A stretch of DNA of 64,000 nucleotides, taken from assembly GCA_965287045.1 (NCBI GenBank), contig OZ336883.1:34534001-34598000 (forward strand). Direction: 5' to 3'. Position numbers and translations under genes: made by a program. Below the pieces are notes generated by a model. The model saw only the letters and a program-made list of their open reading frames with translations, made no database searches and was not told the DNA's origin. This DNA is from Carcharhinus amblyrhynchos (taxonomy: Eukaryota). Shown one piece after another: positions 24,538-37,212 of this stretch (its first letter is position 1; every line of letters begins with the position of its first letter).

Positions 24538-25060
24538 AAGGATATGTTGGCCTTGGAGGGAGTGCAGAGAAGGTTCACTAGACTGATACCGGAGATGAGG
24601 GGGTTGGACTATGAAGAGAGACTAAATAGACTGGGTCTGTACTCGTTGGAGTTTAGAAGGATGATCTTATAGAGATGTATAAGATAATGAAGGGGATGGA
24701 TAGGGTAGAGGTAGAGATTTTTCCTGCTTAGAAAGGATAGCAGGACTAGAGGGCACAGCCTCAAAATAAGGGAGGGGGGGGGGGTGCATGGCAGTTTAGA
24801 TCGGAGTTGAGGAGGAACTTCTCCACTCAAAGGGTGGTGAGTCTCTGGAATTCTCTGCCCGTTGAAGTGGTGGAGGCTACCTCGCTGAATATATTTAAGT
24901 CACGGGTAGATAGGTTTCTGATAGACAAGGGAATTAAGGGTTATGGAGAGAAAGCGGGAAAGTGGAACTGATCGACTTCAGATCAGCCATGATCTTATTG
25001 AATGGCGGGGCAGGCTTGAAGGGCTAGATGGCCTACTCCTGCTCCTATTTCTTATGTTCT
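24538..25060 (+). mobile_element. CR1/HER1-type LINE 3' fragment, same subfamily as 60302-61135
   Basis: Encodes LEGVQRRFTRLIPEMRGL and ends with ggcctactcctgctcctatttcttatgttctta. Confidence 0.88.
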
Positions 25061-25209
25061 TAAATCTAACTCGCCCAAAAACATCACCTCCTGTACATTG
25101 TCCTGAACATTGCACCTCTACCACCACATTGCTTCCCTCAGCAATCCCACTATGAATTACTTTCATCTTTGCTGACGTACATTGACTTCCTATCCTCCAG
25201 TAGATTACA

Positions 25210-25502
25210 GTATCAGTGGTTAGCACTGCTGTCTCAGAATGCTAGGGACCTGGGTTCAATTCCTGGCTTGGGTAACTTTGTGTGGAGTTTGTAAGTTCTC
25301 CCAGTGTCTTCATGAATTTCCTCTGGGTGCTCCGGTTTCGTCCCACAATCTGAAAGACGTGCTGGTTAGGTGCATTGGCGATGCTAAATTCTCCCTCAGC
25401 GAACCCGAACAGGTGCCAGAGTGTGGCAACTAGAGGATTTTCACAATAGCTTCATTGCAATGTTAATGTAAGCGTACTTGCAACACTAATAAAATAAATA
25501 AA
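25210..25502 (+). mobile_element. HE1-head SINE with alternative tail
   Basis: Ends gattttcacaatagcttcattgcaatgttaatgtaagcgtacttgcaacactaataaaataaa. Confidence 0.82.
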
Positions 25503-25849
25503 ATTAAATATTCAGCTGAGAAGTATTTTCGCTGCCTTGTCCCAAACTGGTTTTGCAACCTTCACCAGCTTTACAGCCCATCCATTCCTCTGACTCTGAC
25601 TTCCTGCTCAAGCTTCCCTCCTCCTTCAGCTCCCTCTTTGAAACTACACCATGCAAATTACACCACCTCTGTTCTTTCATCTTCACCTTCAATAGCCTCC
25701 CAAAATAGATCTTTGCCCAAGCTTTACTAGCTTCTCACAACTCACCTACAAAACTACGTACTTTTCCTCCTCTCACTGGCTTGGGAAACTTTTCAACATT
25801 AGGGGTGTGGGAGTCTTCAGTGTGCATTTGAAACTTGACTGCATAATTC

Positions 25850-28800
25850 TAGGTGATGTCACTGAGGGCCAGCATATGGATGAGAAATGGAAGGATCAAT
25901 TCCAGATGTAACAATTCAGGAGTGGGAAGAGAATTTTTTTTATATGGTAAGTTTAGTATTCACTATCCATCATAAATGTCCTTCAGAAAGTAGTGGTAAA
26001 CCACCACCTTGAATTGCTGCAGTCCTAGGACTGAGTTTTCCCACCCAGCCTTCCACAGGAATCATAGCTTTCGGGACTGTTGACCTCAGATGGGATTTTC
26101 AGACCTTGGGGCGAGTGTGACCGGAAAATTCCGTCCCATGTGTTGTACTTGCATCCAATGTGCTGTTGGGAAGGGAGTTCCAGGATTTGTGACAATGAAG
26201 GAATGGCAATATAGTCCCAAGTCAAGATGGTGTGTGGCTTCAAGCAGAACTTGCAGATGATGGTCCTCCTATGCATCTCTATCCTATCATAGTTATTGTT
26301 ACATCATGTACACATAAGAGTGCATCTGCTGCCCTTGTCCTTCCAGGTGGTAGAGGTCACAATTCTGAAAGGTAATGTCAAAGGTACATTGGTGAATTGC
26401 TGCAGTACATCTTGTAGATGATACACATTGCTGCCATTGTGCGTCAGTGGTTGATGGATGGGTTGCAACTCAAGTGGGCTGCTTTGCCTTGGATGATGTT
26501 GAGTTTCCTGATTGTTGTTGGAACAGTATCCTTCCAGGCCAGTGGGGAGTATTCTATCACAGTCCTGACTTGTGCCTTGTAGTTGGTGGACAGGCTCTGG
26601 AGAGTCAGGAGGTGAGTTACTTGCTGCAGGATTCCTAGCCTCTGACCTGCTGTTGTAGTCACAGTGTTTATGTGGCAGGTCTAGTTCTGTTTCTAGTGTA
26701 CAGAAACTCCCGGGATATTAATGGTGTGGTTTTCAGTCAAGATAATGAATGTCAAGGTGAGATGATAAGATTCACTCTTGTTGGAGATCTCTGGCACTTA
26801 AGTCGTAAATAACACTCTCACCACGTATCAGCCTGAAAGGTGTTCAGGTCTTGCTGCGTGTGGCACAGATTGCTTCAGTATCTGAGGAGTCGCAAATGGT
26901 GCTGAACGTTGTGCAATCATCAACAAAAATCGGACCTCATGATGGAAGGAAGATCATTGATGACATTGCTGAAGATGGTTGAGCTCAGGGCACTACCCTG
27001 GGAGAGAGATGATTGATCTGCAATAACCACAGCCAATTTCCTTTGTGTTAGGTCTGACCCACCAGTCTTTGCCCTTATTCCCATTGACTCCAATTTGCTC
27101 GAGCTCCTTGATGCCACACTTGATCAAGTGTGGCATCCTCGATATCAAGGACAGTAACTCTCACCTCACCTCTTGAGTTCAGTTCTTCTGTCAGGTCAGG
27201 AGCTGAGTGGCCCTGGTGGAACTCAAACTGAGCATCAGTGATCGGGTTATTGCTGAGTAAATGTTGCTTGATAGCACTATCAATGACACCTTCTACCACT
27301 TTGCTGATGATTAGTAGGAGACTGAAGGCGTGTTAATTGCCAGGTTGGATTTTTCCTGCTTTTCATGAGCCGGAAATACCTGGGCAATTTTCCATACTGT
27401 TGGGTAAGTGCCAGTGCTTTAGTTGTACTGCAACAGCACAAGTCTTCTGTACTAATGCCAGAACATTGCAGGAGCCCATAGATTCTGCAGTATCCAGTGC
27501 CTTCAACTATTACTTGATATCAAGTGGAACTAATCAAAATGGCTGAAGACTGGCACGTGTAATGCTGGGGACCTCTGGAGGAGACTGAGATGGTATTTCT
27601 GGCTGATTGCAAATGCTTCAGCTTTATTTTTTGCACTGATGTGCTGGGCTCCCCGATCACTGGGGATAGAGACATTTGCAGAGCTTGCTCCTCCATTTAG
27701 GTGTTTAATTGTCCACTGCCAATTACAACTGGATTTGATAGGACTGCAGCGATTAGATCAGATCTTTTGGTTGTGGGATCACTTAGCTCTATCAAATGCT
27801 GCTTCCATTTTTTTGCTATGCAACACAATAGAGGGTTAACGTGAAGATGGGATTTTGTCTGCACAAGGACTGTATGATGGTAACTCCTACCAATACTGTT
27901 ATGGATAGAGGCATCTATGACAGATTGGTGAGGAAGTGATCAAATAGGTTGTTCCATATTGTTCGGTCCCTCACCACTTGTCACAGACCCAATCTATGAC
28001 TTTTAGGACTCAGCAAGCTCGGTCAGTGGTGGTGTTACCGAGCCATTCTTGATAATGGACATTGAGGTCACCACCCGGGATACATTCTGTGCCCTTGTTA
28101 CTCTCAGTGCTTCTTCCAAATGATATTCATTATGGAGGATACAGATTCATTAGCTGAAGGGGGGCAATAGGTAATAATCAGCAGGAAGTTTCCTTGCCCA
28201 TGTTTGACCTGATGCCTTAAGACTTTATGGGGTTCAGAGTCAATTTTGAGGACTCCCAGGGCCATTCCTTCCTGACAAGTATCCCAATTTCCCCCCATCT
28301 CTGGGGGGTCTATCCTGGCAATGAAACAGAACACACCCAGGGATGATGAAGTTGGTATCTGGGACATTGCCTGTAAGGGATGATTCTGTCAGTGTGACTA
28401 TATCAGGTTTGGCTAGTCTATCGTCATTCCAATTTTGACACAACTAACCAGCTGTTAATAAGGAGAACTTTGCAGTGTCAACAGGGCCGGTGTGCCATTG
28501 GTGTTTCAAATGCCCCAACTGATTCTTGGCAGGCTGTCTGGTTTCATTCCTTTTATACTTTGTAGTGATTTTATTGAGTTGAGTGGCTTGCTAGAGGACA
28601 TTTTTGGAGCCAACCACATTGCTGTGGGTCTGCAGTCACAGGAAGGTCAGATCAGATAAGCATGGATGATTTCTTTCCCATAATGGAGGGGGCATCAATG
28701 AACCTGGTGGGTTTTACTGTGACCTGATTTTTATTAATTGAATTTAAATTCCATTAACAGCTGGGATGAGGTTTGAACCCACATTTACCTGGGCTTCTGG
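25850..28800 (-). mobile_element. Long decayed LINE of a second CR1/L2-group family (endonuclease and RT remnants)
   Basis: Endonuclease-like PDIVTLTESSL...IPG...QDRP...GG (28240-28443), RT QFEFHQGHSAPDL...VLDI (27075-27299) and AGQRLGIL...YKAQVRTVIEYSPLAW (26444-26662). Confidence 0.82.
26028..26137. mobile_element. MITE nested in a LINE
   Basis: Same family as 11536-11662. Ends ggaaaattccgtccc. Confidence 0.62.
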
Positions 28801-29179
28801 ATTGCTCATCAAGTGATATTAGCCGTATGCCACTATCTCCCTATTGTTGGAGCTCCATTCATTAGAAAATAGAGAGTGCCATTGCACTCCTGACCAGCGC
28901 CCCTGACCTATGCCTTGTAGATGGTGGTAAGACTTTGGAAAGTCAGGAGGTGAATGGCTCACAACAGGATTCCTAGCCTCTGATCTGCTGTTGTCGCCAC
29001 AGTTGTTATATGACTGGCCCAGCTCAACTTCTGGTGAATGATAAACCACCTCCCCCTCCCCCTCAAGGAAGTTGTTAGTGAAGACTTCAGCAACTGTAAT
29101 GCCACGGAATGTGGAGGGGAAATGGTTAGATTCTCTCTTGATGGGGATGGCTATTGCCTGCTACTTGTGTGAAGAAGGC

Positions 29180-29890
29180 ATATATTGCTAATGGATACTT
29201 TGAGTGAGTGGGCAAAAATCTGTCTGATAGAGTATAATCTGGGCACTTTGTTCACCGTGACAGGAAGAGTAAAAAAGCTGAGTATAACTGAAGCAGACAA
29301 TGACTGCAGAATGTGAAGATGCAGACGGATTGAAGTGTTTTCATGCATGAGTCACAAAAAGTTAGTGTGCAGATGCAGCATGTAATTAAGAAGGCTAATG
29401 GAATGCTACTGTTACTACAAGAGGAATTGAACATGAAGGAAATGATGTTATGCTTCAGCTATACAGGGCATTAGTGAGATCACATCTCGAATACTGTATG
29501 TTGCTTGGTCTTTTTTAAGGAAGGATGTAAATATATTGGAGGCCATTCAGACTGGAATGTATGGTTTATCTTATGAGGAAAGGTTGGAAGGCTGGGCTAT
29601 TTTCCACTGCAGTTTAGAAGAATGAGGAATAACTTGATTGAAGTATATAAGATACTGAATGGTGCTGACATTGTGGACATTGAAAAAAATGTTTCCTCCA
29701 GTCCAGAAGTAGAGGACACGGTTCTAAAATATCAGATTAGCCTTTATAGGATAGAGATGTGGGGAAATCTTTTCACTCGGAGAGTTGTGCAACTTTGGAA
29801 CTATGCCTCAGAAGGCAGTGGAAACAGACTGCCTGCATTTTAAGGCTGAGGTAGATAGATTCTAATTCAGCAAAGGATTGAAAGGTTGTG
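29180..29890 (+). mobile_element. Decayed CR1 3' fragment
   Basis: IKKANGML, LQLYRALVRSHLEYC and RRMRNNLIEVYKIL motifs. Confidence 0.8.
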
Positions 29891-30837
29891 TCAGTGCTGC
29901 CCAATGGCACCATCAACAACAGCTTCCATCACTTTGCTGATGATCAAGAGGACATTGAGGGGGCTGTAGTTAGTTGGATTGGATTTATCCTGCTTTTTCT
30001 GGACAGGACATTAAAATCATTGAGTTCCCCTATGAATTGAGTACAGCAGATTTTCCCTAACATGAGAACTTTCATAAATAAACAAGAAGGATAATAACTA
30101 TAAGAACTAAAGTCTGCAGGTGTGAATGTTTGGAAGCTGTAGCCAGGAGTAAGTAAAACTATTAGCTGTAATTGGATATCAATGACTTCAGAACAAATGT
30201 ATACTTGTAATTAGTATATGCAAAATACTTGTAAGGTAACCAGAAGTATAATTACTTATGCCACATATCACACAAGTCGTCTGTACACCATGTTATGGGA
30301 GGCAGACTTCCCTGCTATAGCTTGAATAAAGGCTGATTTAAAACTCCAAAATCTCTGTCTGATCGGTTGGTGAGAATGAGGGACAGGGATAGCTGGACTG
30401 TTATTGTCTGCTGCCAAACAGTCATACTAAGGACGTCCCTGGAAAAGTTTCCACATTGCTGGGTGAATGCCAGTATTTTATTGTAATGGAACCACTTGGG
30501 TAGTGGCATGGATAGTTCTTCAACACTATTATCAGAATATTGCCTTTGTTTCTTGATATCATGTGGAGTGAATCAAATTGGCTGAAGATTGGCATCTGTG
30601 GTGCTGGGGATATCAACTGGATGATGATGTTTGCAAATGCTTCAGCCTTATATTTTGGACTAACATGCCAGGCTCCCCTATCTCTAAGGATGGAGCTATT
30701 TGTGAATTCTCCTCCTGTAGTTAGATGTTTATCCTCCACCACCATTCTTATTGTGGCAGGGCCACAGATCCAATCTGTTGGCTGTAGCAGAGCTTAGTTC
30801 TGTCTACCACATTCTGGTGTTTGGCATGCAAACAGGA

Positions 30838-32210
30838 GTTGACTATTTGCAGATGACTATGTGGTTATACATCAAGGAAAAACTCAAGACCGTAACAATA
30901 TGCTGCATGATGATCTGATAGAATTGCCCGTATGGCATGATCAATGGGAGATGGCATTCAATGCCAAAAATACTACGTCCTGCATAACACCAATAAAAAG
31001 GATCCGCCAACAAAGTTCGGTTATCTAATTCTCCAATAGATCAATCCACATGCAAACTTGTGGGTTCAACGTCAAATCAGTCTTCACTGGGGATTCGACA
31101 CTCAGCAGATAACATCCAAAACACACTGGGTTCTTGGATTTCTGGGGAGGAATCTTTGCTATTAGAACAAAAACATCAGAACTATGGCATACCAAGACAT
31201 TTATCCATCTATTCTGGTAGGAGGCAAGTTGTGTGCAGGATCCTTGTTTGCTGACAAATATAAATAAGATTGGAGTGGTCCATAGACATTGTGACAACAC
31301 TGAACCTTTAAGAATAGTATTTTAGTGTTTCACTGCAGGATATTTCAAGCAGGCCCTAGCATTTTATTGGTGCCATGTTGTCTGTAACTGGTATCCTTTA
31401 TTGCTACTAAGGCCATGCAAATGACGTCATGTTTATTTTTAATCTGGACTAATATAGGGTCCTGTGGTTTTTAATGTCCTTTGGGATTGCTGAGTGGAAC
31501 CTGACTGAGGATCATTGACAGGTCAGGTGATATGCCTGGGAACAGCTTTTTTTTTCTTTTACGGAGTGTCCCAGGATTTTAGTTTCATTGTTCAGTCACT
31601 ACTAGAAGCCGGTGGAAGAACACAGTATCTCTGTCTCTCCAGATGCTTTCTGGAAGTTCCAAGACTGTTGAGCCTTGGAGAATTGATTCAATAGTCAAAG
31701 GAACAATTCACATAGATGTTAAAAAGCTGCAAACCCAGCATCCCGTCAGCATATTAGTTCTGTGCCAAGACTGAAGAAGGTTGTATGTCTGTGGGATGGT
31801 GTTTAACTTGGAATAGCAGAGATAGGTCAGCTGTTAGAAGTTATACTGTGTCATATTTCAGTTTCATAATTGGAAAAATTTGTGCTTATTCCTTTTGTTA
31901 TATTATAATATGGGAAATACATCAATGTCACATCCTTCACCAAAGATTCGGAATGGAAATCACTCCAGTAAAGAAGGGAGAGAAATAAATGGACCAATGT
32001 TCTGTAACATATAGAATGGACTGGTGGGAATTGACAGAATTAAATACACAGTGCCCTCAACAGAGACAAAACATGAGGGGGTCGTTCACACAAACTACAA
32101 ATACCATTTGTCCCCAAGAGAGTGTATCAACAATCTTCCTTCCCAATGACAATCCCACAGTGAAACTTGTCACAGTCCCATCACTGGAAATCTTCAGGAG
32201 TTATCTTTAG
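30838..32210 (+). mobile_element. Decayed non-LTR retrotransposon of a distinct CR1/L2-group family, split by an insertion at about 31290-31910
   Basis: LFADDYVV...LHDDL.EL..W..QWEMAFNAK (from 30843), VLGFLGRNL, ASCVQDP and INKIGVVHR. It resumes at about 31920 with VTSFTKDSEWKSLQ*RR. Confidence 0.65.
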
Positions 32211-32304
32211 ATCATTTCTATTTAAAGGTTTTTATTATCAGGATAACCAGTTCAGCAGGTCCTGCCTGGTTTAGTTAGCGTTAGCCCTGTAAATGCTAAG
32301 TTTT

Positions 32305-32604
32305 AAAGTATATTTATTAGTGTTACAATTAGGCTTATATGAACATTGCAATGAAGTTACTGTGAAAATCCCCTAGTCACTCTGTCTGGTCATTCAGTGA
32401 GAATGAGGGTCAGGGATAGCTGGATACTGAGGGAGAATTTAGCACGGCCAATGCACCTAACCAGCATGTCTTTCGGTCTGTGGAAGGAAACCAGAGCACC
32501 CGGAAGAAACACATGCAGACAAGGGGACAGTTTGCAAGCTCCACACCGCAGTGATCCAAGCCAAGTGAGGCAACAATGCTAATCATTGTGCCACCATTTC
32601 GCCC
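32305..32604 (-). mobile_element. HE1-head SINE with alternative tail, carrying a 45-bp foreign patch
   Basis: Same structure as 7081-7367 except for 32380-32424. Confidence 0.78.
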
Positions 32605-32769
32605 ATATGCTGGCAGAATATGGATATTAGTCTATGATGCCAACACAACTAAAGAAGCATGCAGTTTTGTTTTAGTTTCACCAGATCAATACTTCAATTT
32701 TACTTGTGCCTGATGGAACACCCTCCTGCACTCCTACTAAAGCAGGGTTAATCCCTTGGCTTGATGGTG

Positions 32770-33557
32770 CGATGGTATTGAGCCATTTTCATTTAGCAGC
32801 TGTTGACTAACTGGATATTGTAGCCTTAAACTTGGTACACATTGTACCTTAAAATACATCAGACCCTGCCTTAGGGCAGAGGTGGAACCCTGTTGAAAGA
32901 TTTTTAACAAGATACAGATCAGAGAGATAGTTGTTGGCTGCAACTCAGCTGGAAAAGCTGGGACTATGTCTGTGTATAAAGGCTGCTGTGTAGCCTGGAC
33001 AACACATTGGGACACAGTTTTGAAGAAGGTCGGCTCACATGGAAAAGGTAACTAAGAAAACTGGATCTGGGAACAAAACTGAGAGGTCCAGAATAATGTG
33101 CCTTTTGGTGAGGATCGTACCTGTGGGGTTCAAGTTGATTCAAGCCACTGTCAGCTGGAAATCAGATTGACTCTTTGAAGGAGAGGAGCTGAAATCCTTC
33201 ATGAGGGAGACAGAGTCTGAATGGCTTTGTAACTCTCACTGATCCCTGAAATCAGAGTGGGCTACTAAGTAAATTAGCATAATTGGTCTTTGCTTTCTCT
33301 GCCATTTAACGTGAGTTCGTCGTTCATATTCAACCACAGTTTGCCAGTTAATGCATGTTTATTTCATGTTAATTCTAGATGTTAGAGTATAAGATAGCTA
33401 GTATTGAATGTTTGCTCTGTTGACTCTTTTATAGTAAAAAAATCTTCTGTTGTCTAAAACCTTGGAATTTTGAGGTTTGACTCTTTTAATTAAGAAACTG
33501 GGATTTCAAATTTAGTCTATTTTAAACAAGTCATTGGTCCCTAGCCAGATCATAATA
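32770..33557 (+). mobile_element. Possible solo LTR
   Basis: TATA-like gtataaag and terminal ccagatcataata, similar to gggatcgtaaca ending 38310-38544. The family is not identified. Confidence 0.35.
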
Positions 33558-33572
33558 ATGGCAATAAGTGAC

Positions 33573-33820
33573 GCTTACATTAACACAGCAATGAAGTTAT
33601 CGTGCAATTCCCCTAGTCGCCACACTCCGGCATCTGTCTGGGTCAATGCACCTAACCAGCACATCTTTCAGACTGTGAGAGGAAATCGGAGCACCTGAAG
33701 GCAACCCACATAGACACGGGGAAAACACGTAAGCTCCACACAGACAATAACTCAAGCCGGGAATCAAACCCAGGTCCCTGGCGATGTGAGGCAGCAGTGC
33801 TAACCACTGTGCCACCACGT
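33573..33820 (-). mobile_element. HE1-head SINE with alternative tail
   Basis: Same structure as 7081-7367. Confidence 0.8.
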
Positions 33821-33829
33821 CACCCTGAG

Positions 33830-34860
33830 GTGTATAGGGTGAGGGATTCCAGGCCATGAGGTTACAGACAATGTTTGAATACACTTCTGCTGCTGGCCCA
33901 AAGTGCCTTATGGATGCCCAGGTTTGAGCTGCCAGATCAGTTTTGAATTGATCCCATTTAGCACAGCAGTGGAAGATATGAAGATGAGACTAGGCCTTCA
34001 CAAGGACTGTCTGGCAGTCACTGCTACAAATACTGTCATGCATCAGTCACAGATAAGTTAGTCAGGTCCAGATCAAGCAGGTTTTTCCCCTCTTGTTGGT
34101 TGTCTCATCACTTTTTATAGGCCCAGACTGGCAGATACGTTCTTTAGGGTTTACTCAGCTTGGTCATAATGGTGCTACTGAGACACTAATAGTGATGAAC
34201 ATTGCATTCCCACACCCAGAGTACATTCTGTACCCTTGCCACCCTCAATACTTCCTCCAAGTGCTGGAGGAGTATTGATTCATCAGCTGAGGTAGAGTGG
34301 ATAGGTAATAATTAGTAGGCAGACTTTTCCAGCCGGTGGAACAAGATGGTGATGGTGGTGACTGGGGCATTGGCTGTAAAGTATGATGTAGTATGACTAT
34401 GTCAAGCTATTGCTAGACTAGTCTGTAAGATAGCACTCCCAACTTTCGTACAATGCCCCAGATATTAGTGAGGACGACTTTGCAAGGGTGGATTTGGCAT
34501 TATCATTTCCGTTAATTCAATGGCAGGTGGTCTGTCCAGTTTTTAAAAAGATGTTTCTGTAGTTAAGAGTCAACTGCAGCACATGGAGGCCAGACCAGGT
34601 CAGGATGGCAGATTTCCTCCTCCTAAAGGATATTTTGAGAACCAGAAAGGTTTTTTTTTTAAACAACAATTAACAATAGTTTCATGTCACAATTACTCAG
34701 ATTAGCTTTTAATTCCAGATTTTATTAATGAAATTTAGTTTCCACCACTTGCCATAGTGATATTTGAAGTTGTGTCCCCAAAGCATGAGCCTGGGCCTCT
34801 GCATTGCCAGTTTGAGACGTTATCACTATGCCACCATCCCTCCATTGCAGGTGATTCTCT
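33830..34860 (-). mobile_element. Decayed LINE fragment (endonuclease region), same family as 25850-28800
   Basis: Collinear nucleotide similarity by eye to 27850-28850, e.g. agtacattctgtacccttgcc and gactatgtcaag. Confidence 0.65.
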
Positions 34861-37134
34861 GACTATAACTGGAGAGATAAAATGAAAGCAGACATGTTTA
34901 CTCTCACCAAGTGGGAAAATGGAGCAAAAGTATCCGGGGAGAATGGTGTGGCTGAACATGTCAAAAGCTGCAGGCACGTTGAGAGGAACAGCTTACCATG
35001 AATGTATTTTGTGATTTTAATAAGGGCTATTGCAGTACTGTGGCCACAGTGCATTGACAGCAGAGGAAACAGATGTTCATTTTGGTAATATGAAATCAAT
35101 GAAGTGAACCACACTACCTTGGGTGGTATTGTACATTCTTGCAGCTGCACTTGTTCAATCAAGTAGTACATTTTCCATCACCAAATTTCCGAAGGACCTT
35201 GCTGTGATGGAGAGATGAAGGGTGGGAGGTGAACCAATCAACACAGAGAATCCATCTTCTGCTCTGATTTTATGGCTGATATCACTAGGCCAGTTAAGTC
35301 ATTGATCAACGGTGACCACCAATATGTTCATGGCAGGTGCTTGGAAATGCTGATGCCTCCCTTATTACCTGGCACTTAAGTAGCACGAGTATTACCAGTC
35401 TCTTGACAATCCAAGTCTGAATGTTGTCCAATTCTGCTGGACGCTGAAGTGTGCAGTTGCACTTATGAACTGAGTTAAGCGATATGAACAGCTTCATTCT
35501 TGATAGATAGAAGGTCTTTGATGAAATAGCCGAGACTATTCTCTGAAGAAACCCTCCAATCTTTTAGGGCTGCAATGATTGAACTCCAACAACCACAACT
35601 CCTTGTCTTAGGTATAACTTCATGCACTGGAGTGTTTTCCTATTGACTCATTACATCACCTTCACTGCCCTCAGTTTTACTAGGGCTCCTTCACTGTTTG
35701 AACAATACTCTAAGTTGAGGGTATTCAGCTCTTGTATCCAAAACCTGGATCAGGATTCAGATGAGGTCTGGCGTTGAGCAGCTCATTGGTGAGGCGGTGC
35801 TGCTTCATGGGGAATTATCATTGGGAGGAGACTGTTTAGTGGAGTGATTGGTTGGGTTAGACATTGTGGGTAAGGCATAAGTATTGGATAATGCTATTGG
35901 TACACTGGAACAACTTTGCTAGGGACTGGGGAGCAATTCAGTCAAATGTTGTTCAAAAATAGTGTAGCATTGGCAAGCTGCCTTCCCTGAAGAACATGGG
36001 TGAACCAATAGGTTTTTATGACACTGGTGCAATTACCACAATGGGTGAAAACTACTATTGTTCACTTTATGAAGCTAGCCTACAAATTGCAAGATTTATT
36101 GAATTTTATTTCATAATTGGAGCATTCCAAAGAGCTACTATGGCACTGAGAGTCTAACCACACCAGCTGAACTGGAATAGTTCAAGAAGTCAACACATCC
36201 CATTAAAGAATTTAAAAAAAACATCCAAACTGGCCTCATACATGCTGCAAAATTCTAACTTACACCAGTAGAATTTTAACCTCTGTGTTGCTAGTTCAAC
36301 ATCATAACCATTAAGTTATTATGTCCTAGTCTGTTCCACCTACGTAATTGTATGTGCAACAACAGTGTAGATGTGAATTTACAAAAACATTCATTTTTCT
36401 TCAGGTTTCTGGGGAGGGAGTAAGAGGGGGGGAACCCAGCAGCAGAGGGATGGGGGCTGACGTGGGGCCAGCAATCAGAGGCCGGGACTGGCCATCAGGA
36501 GATCAGCGATAGGGTGGGGGAGGTGTGGAGATTGGGGGCAGCGATTAGGAGGCAGGCAATGTCAAAGTACAGGGGATGTCAACCTAAGGCCCCTCCCCCA
36601 AATACACTGCTGCCAGCCTTGCCAGTAGATTTGGGTGCTGCCTTTTGATCCTGTACTACTGCCCCCCCCCAAACATGAATCATCCAACAGCGTCTCTAAT
36701 GCATAGTGCACCCCATAACTTCATTTCAGTAGCTCATCCAAAAACGAGGGGGAAACAACATCCTGTTCCTCCCCACTGGGCACTTAGAATGGGGAAAAAT
36801 CATACCTGCAGTCCTGGAGGTCATGTGTACATGGCAGTGGAATCATGTCTTTCAGGCAAGATTCCACACATCCTGCAAACAACTCAACTGAGGAAAAAGG
36901 CTGCAACGACAGTGATTGTATCCATAAGCACCGATTTACAAGCATGAGAGAGTGTTAAGGGTATACTGCCACGTGGCAGTCAGAGATTACTGGCATTATT
37001 TTCAGTGCACAGCCCATTGTTCATCTTGGAACTTGCAGTCCCACTTTATTTTGCACTTAATGTCACATTTCATTTCATAGCAAGTGTGGGCTTGTTTGTG
37101 GATGCTTGTCTCACAACCTTAAAAGGGGTGAAAA

Positions 37135-37212
37135 ACACAGGTCTGGCAGCATGTGTGGAGAGAGAAAAACAGAGTTAACACTTCAAGTCCAATATGACTC
37201 TTCTGCAGAACT
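37135..37212 (-). mobile_element. Second PLE-type pseudo-LTR fragment with a decayed hammerhead motif
   Basis: Minus strand reads GTT-CTGCAGA-AGAGTC-ATATTG-GACTT-GAAG-TGT-TAAC then tctg...ccacacatgctgccagacctg. A related plus-strand piece lies at 49254-49466. Confidence 0.55.
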
